Source: Schizosaccharomyces osmophilus (lineage: Eukaryota). From it: a stretch of 64,000 nt of DNA. Position numbers and translations under genes: made by a program. How positions within the stretch are numbered: position 1 is the stretch's first letter; every line of letters starts with the position of its first letter. Positions 62,483 through 64,000 of this stretch are shown piece by piece. The stretch spans positions 3,100,001 to 3,164,000 of the forward strand of contig NC_079238.1 of assembly GCF_027921745.1 (NCBI RefSeq). Reading direction: 5' to 3'. The notes under the pieces are model-generated. The model saw nothing but the letters and a program-made list of their open reading frames with translations, was not told where the DNA came from and made no database searches.

Positions 62483-64000
62483 TTAAAAATAAGCTGCCCA
62501 GCCAATGTACATTTCAACGAGGTTTTTTGGACTAACTGCAGATCGAATTAACTCTTGAATTTGACCTTCCACTGAAAGGGGAATGGTTTCACCAGGCATA
62601 TAGCCTTGGAACTTTTTTCGAATCGTGTCTAAAACTTCATTAGCCTCATTACCCGGATATCTTCCTGTAATTTTTCGCCTATTCCATTCCACTAAAGGAT
62701 CATGAAGGAACGATTCAAGAACACTCATTAGGGTATCTTGATTTGATCGTAAAAGTTTCATTGTTATCTCACTTGCCTTACGGAAACCGCCTTCGTAACC
62801 GGTTGGGCCCATAGCGTCCACCATGTTGTGCGTCAGTCTGAAAGGAACCTTTTCTGGTTTCTCAAACGTCAAGCCCTTATCAAAGAGGCAGTTGAAATCA
62901 ACATGTATAGCTTCACCGGTAAACTCGTCGAAGAGTATATTCTCACCATGACGATCACCCAGACCTAAAACATAACCAACAATGGACATAACAGCTAAAG
63001 TACGACTGTAATTTCGGCGGCTATTAACCCAGCTGTTTGGTTCGGGAAATGATTCGACGAACCATTCATAAAAGACTGGGGGAAACTTTGGTAGCATCGT
63101 TTTCTCAAAACTTTCTCCAGGATTTGGGCTTCTTAAAGCCATATCTAAATCGACTTTAATTTCCTGATAGGATATAGGAATATTTTTCTGCCGATAGTTC
63201 TTCAGCAAAATATCTCTAAAAGGGCGAGTATGGTTAACCCATTCGATAAAGCCACACTCCTCGTTTAAGGGAATGACAACGTAAGTTCGTATACACAAAT
63301 TTCTTCTGTTAGCTTCTTGATCTTTGCGTAGTATTTTGCAAATCACATTGTTGAACTCCATTAGCCGAGCGTCTTTTCTCAAATCATCCTTTGGTTTACA
63401 TAAGAACGGATATACATTGCCATCAGTACCTCTGACATAAACTTTTCTCGGTTTTTGTAGAGAATTCATAATATCAACTTCATCTTCGAATTTCAAAATC
63501 TCAGGCTGATTCTTTGGAAAAGGATGGTGGGTAATCCGATTTGCATCCGTAGCAGGTAAGCTTATATTTAAAAAAGAGCGGGCAGGTATAACAAGCTCAA
63601 CGGGCGTATCAAATACCATTTTGAAATGATTCTTTAAGCTCATTTTAACAGCTTTACTATCTATTCGAGTGTTACATAAATCCACCAATTTTTCTGTTAG
63701 TAATATGGCGGACTGACTTAATACCCTAAGGTCGATTTTTGAAGTAATAGCAACCTTTTTAGATTGAAGAACGTTCAGGATGCTTTTTCCTCTGACAGAA
63801 CGTTTTTGGGAAATAGACTTGATAGTAGCCATCAGTTGCCAGAGTGTCTCACTTGGATAAGTCGCGATAACATTAGCAACTAAGTGCTCTAAAATCTTAT
63901 AGACTTTATTATTCGGATGGCAAATCCGAGATATCATTTGAGAAAGAGCAATGAGGAAAAAATATTGAGGAATTTTAACTGCTAATCGGCATATATTAGA
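62483..64000 (-). CDS. rad3: ATR checkpoint kinase, 3' part (5' end outside the window)
   Basis: CKPKDDLRKDARLMEF, GLGDRHGENILF and FATC EMYIGWAAYF. Confidence 0.97.
   Translation of the reverse strand, partial: SNICRLAVKIPQYFFLIALSQMISRICHPNNKVYKILEHLVANVIATYPSETLWQLMATIKSISQKRSVRGKSILNVLQSKKVAITSKIDLRVLSQSAILLTEKLVDLCNTRIDSKAVKMSLKNHFKMVFDTPVELVIPARSFLNISLPATDANRITHHPFPKNQPEILKFEDEVDIMNSLQKPRKVYVRGTDGNVYPFLCKPKDDLRKDARLMEFNNVICKILRKDQEANRRNLCIRTYVVIPLNEECGFIEWVNHTRPFRDILLKNYRQKNIPISYQEIKVDLDMALRSPNPGESFEKTMLPKFPPVFYEWFVESFPEPNSWVNSRRNYSRTLAVMSIVGYVLGLGDRHGENILFDEFTGEAIHVDFNCLFDKGLTFEKPEKVPFRLTHNMVDAMGPTGYEGGFRKASEITMKLLRSNQDTLMSVLESFLHDPLVEWNRRKITGRYPGNEANEVLDTIRKKFQGYMPGETIPLSVEGQIQELIRSAVSPKNLVEMYIGWAAYF

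Noticed and set aside
1..64000. Transposons/LTRs, wtf drivers, 5S rDNA, CRISPR
   Set aside because: No RT or integrase ORF, TG..CA LTR, 5S sequence, multi-exon transmembrane wtf-like gene or spacer array was recognised by eye. Degenerate solo LTRs could have been missed.

Overview
A gene-dense eukaryotic window from a fission yeast. It is a Schizosaccharomyces species but not S. pombe itself: the proteins are clearly orthologous yet diverged, and the octosporus/cryophilus/osmophilus clade is my inference. Gene order matches my recollection of the S. pombe chromosome II block SPBP35G2-SPBC646-SPBC216: ilv1 (partial), nup131, cki2, a 4-exon orphan gene, sgo1, txc1, ecl2, tRNA-His, dic1, scl1, pex16, orc5, sds23, gap1, cct6, nop56, int6, an OSBP gene, tsc13, agn2, erg9, pla1, GatA, cwf11, tor2, swi1 and rad3 (partial). 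Most genes carry short GT..YTRAY..YAG introns, which I placed by hand and checked for frame. I saw no transposon, rRNA or CRISPR. The most interesting unexplained signals are: (1) a ~580-nt run of nested helices upstream of ecl2, including a 26-bp stem, + strand G-U bias and a hairpin-H-hairpin-ACA-like layout, suggesting an unannotated structured ncRNA; (2) a chain of two 7-nt micro-exons that would splice an upstream ATG in frame onto tor2, otherwise leaving a 4-codon uORF; (3) a basic, MG/Cys-containing N-terminal extension on Agn2; (4) clustered meiotic FLEX and DSR motifs. All ortholog assignments come from remembered sequences, not from a database search.
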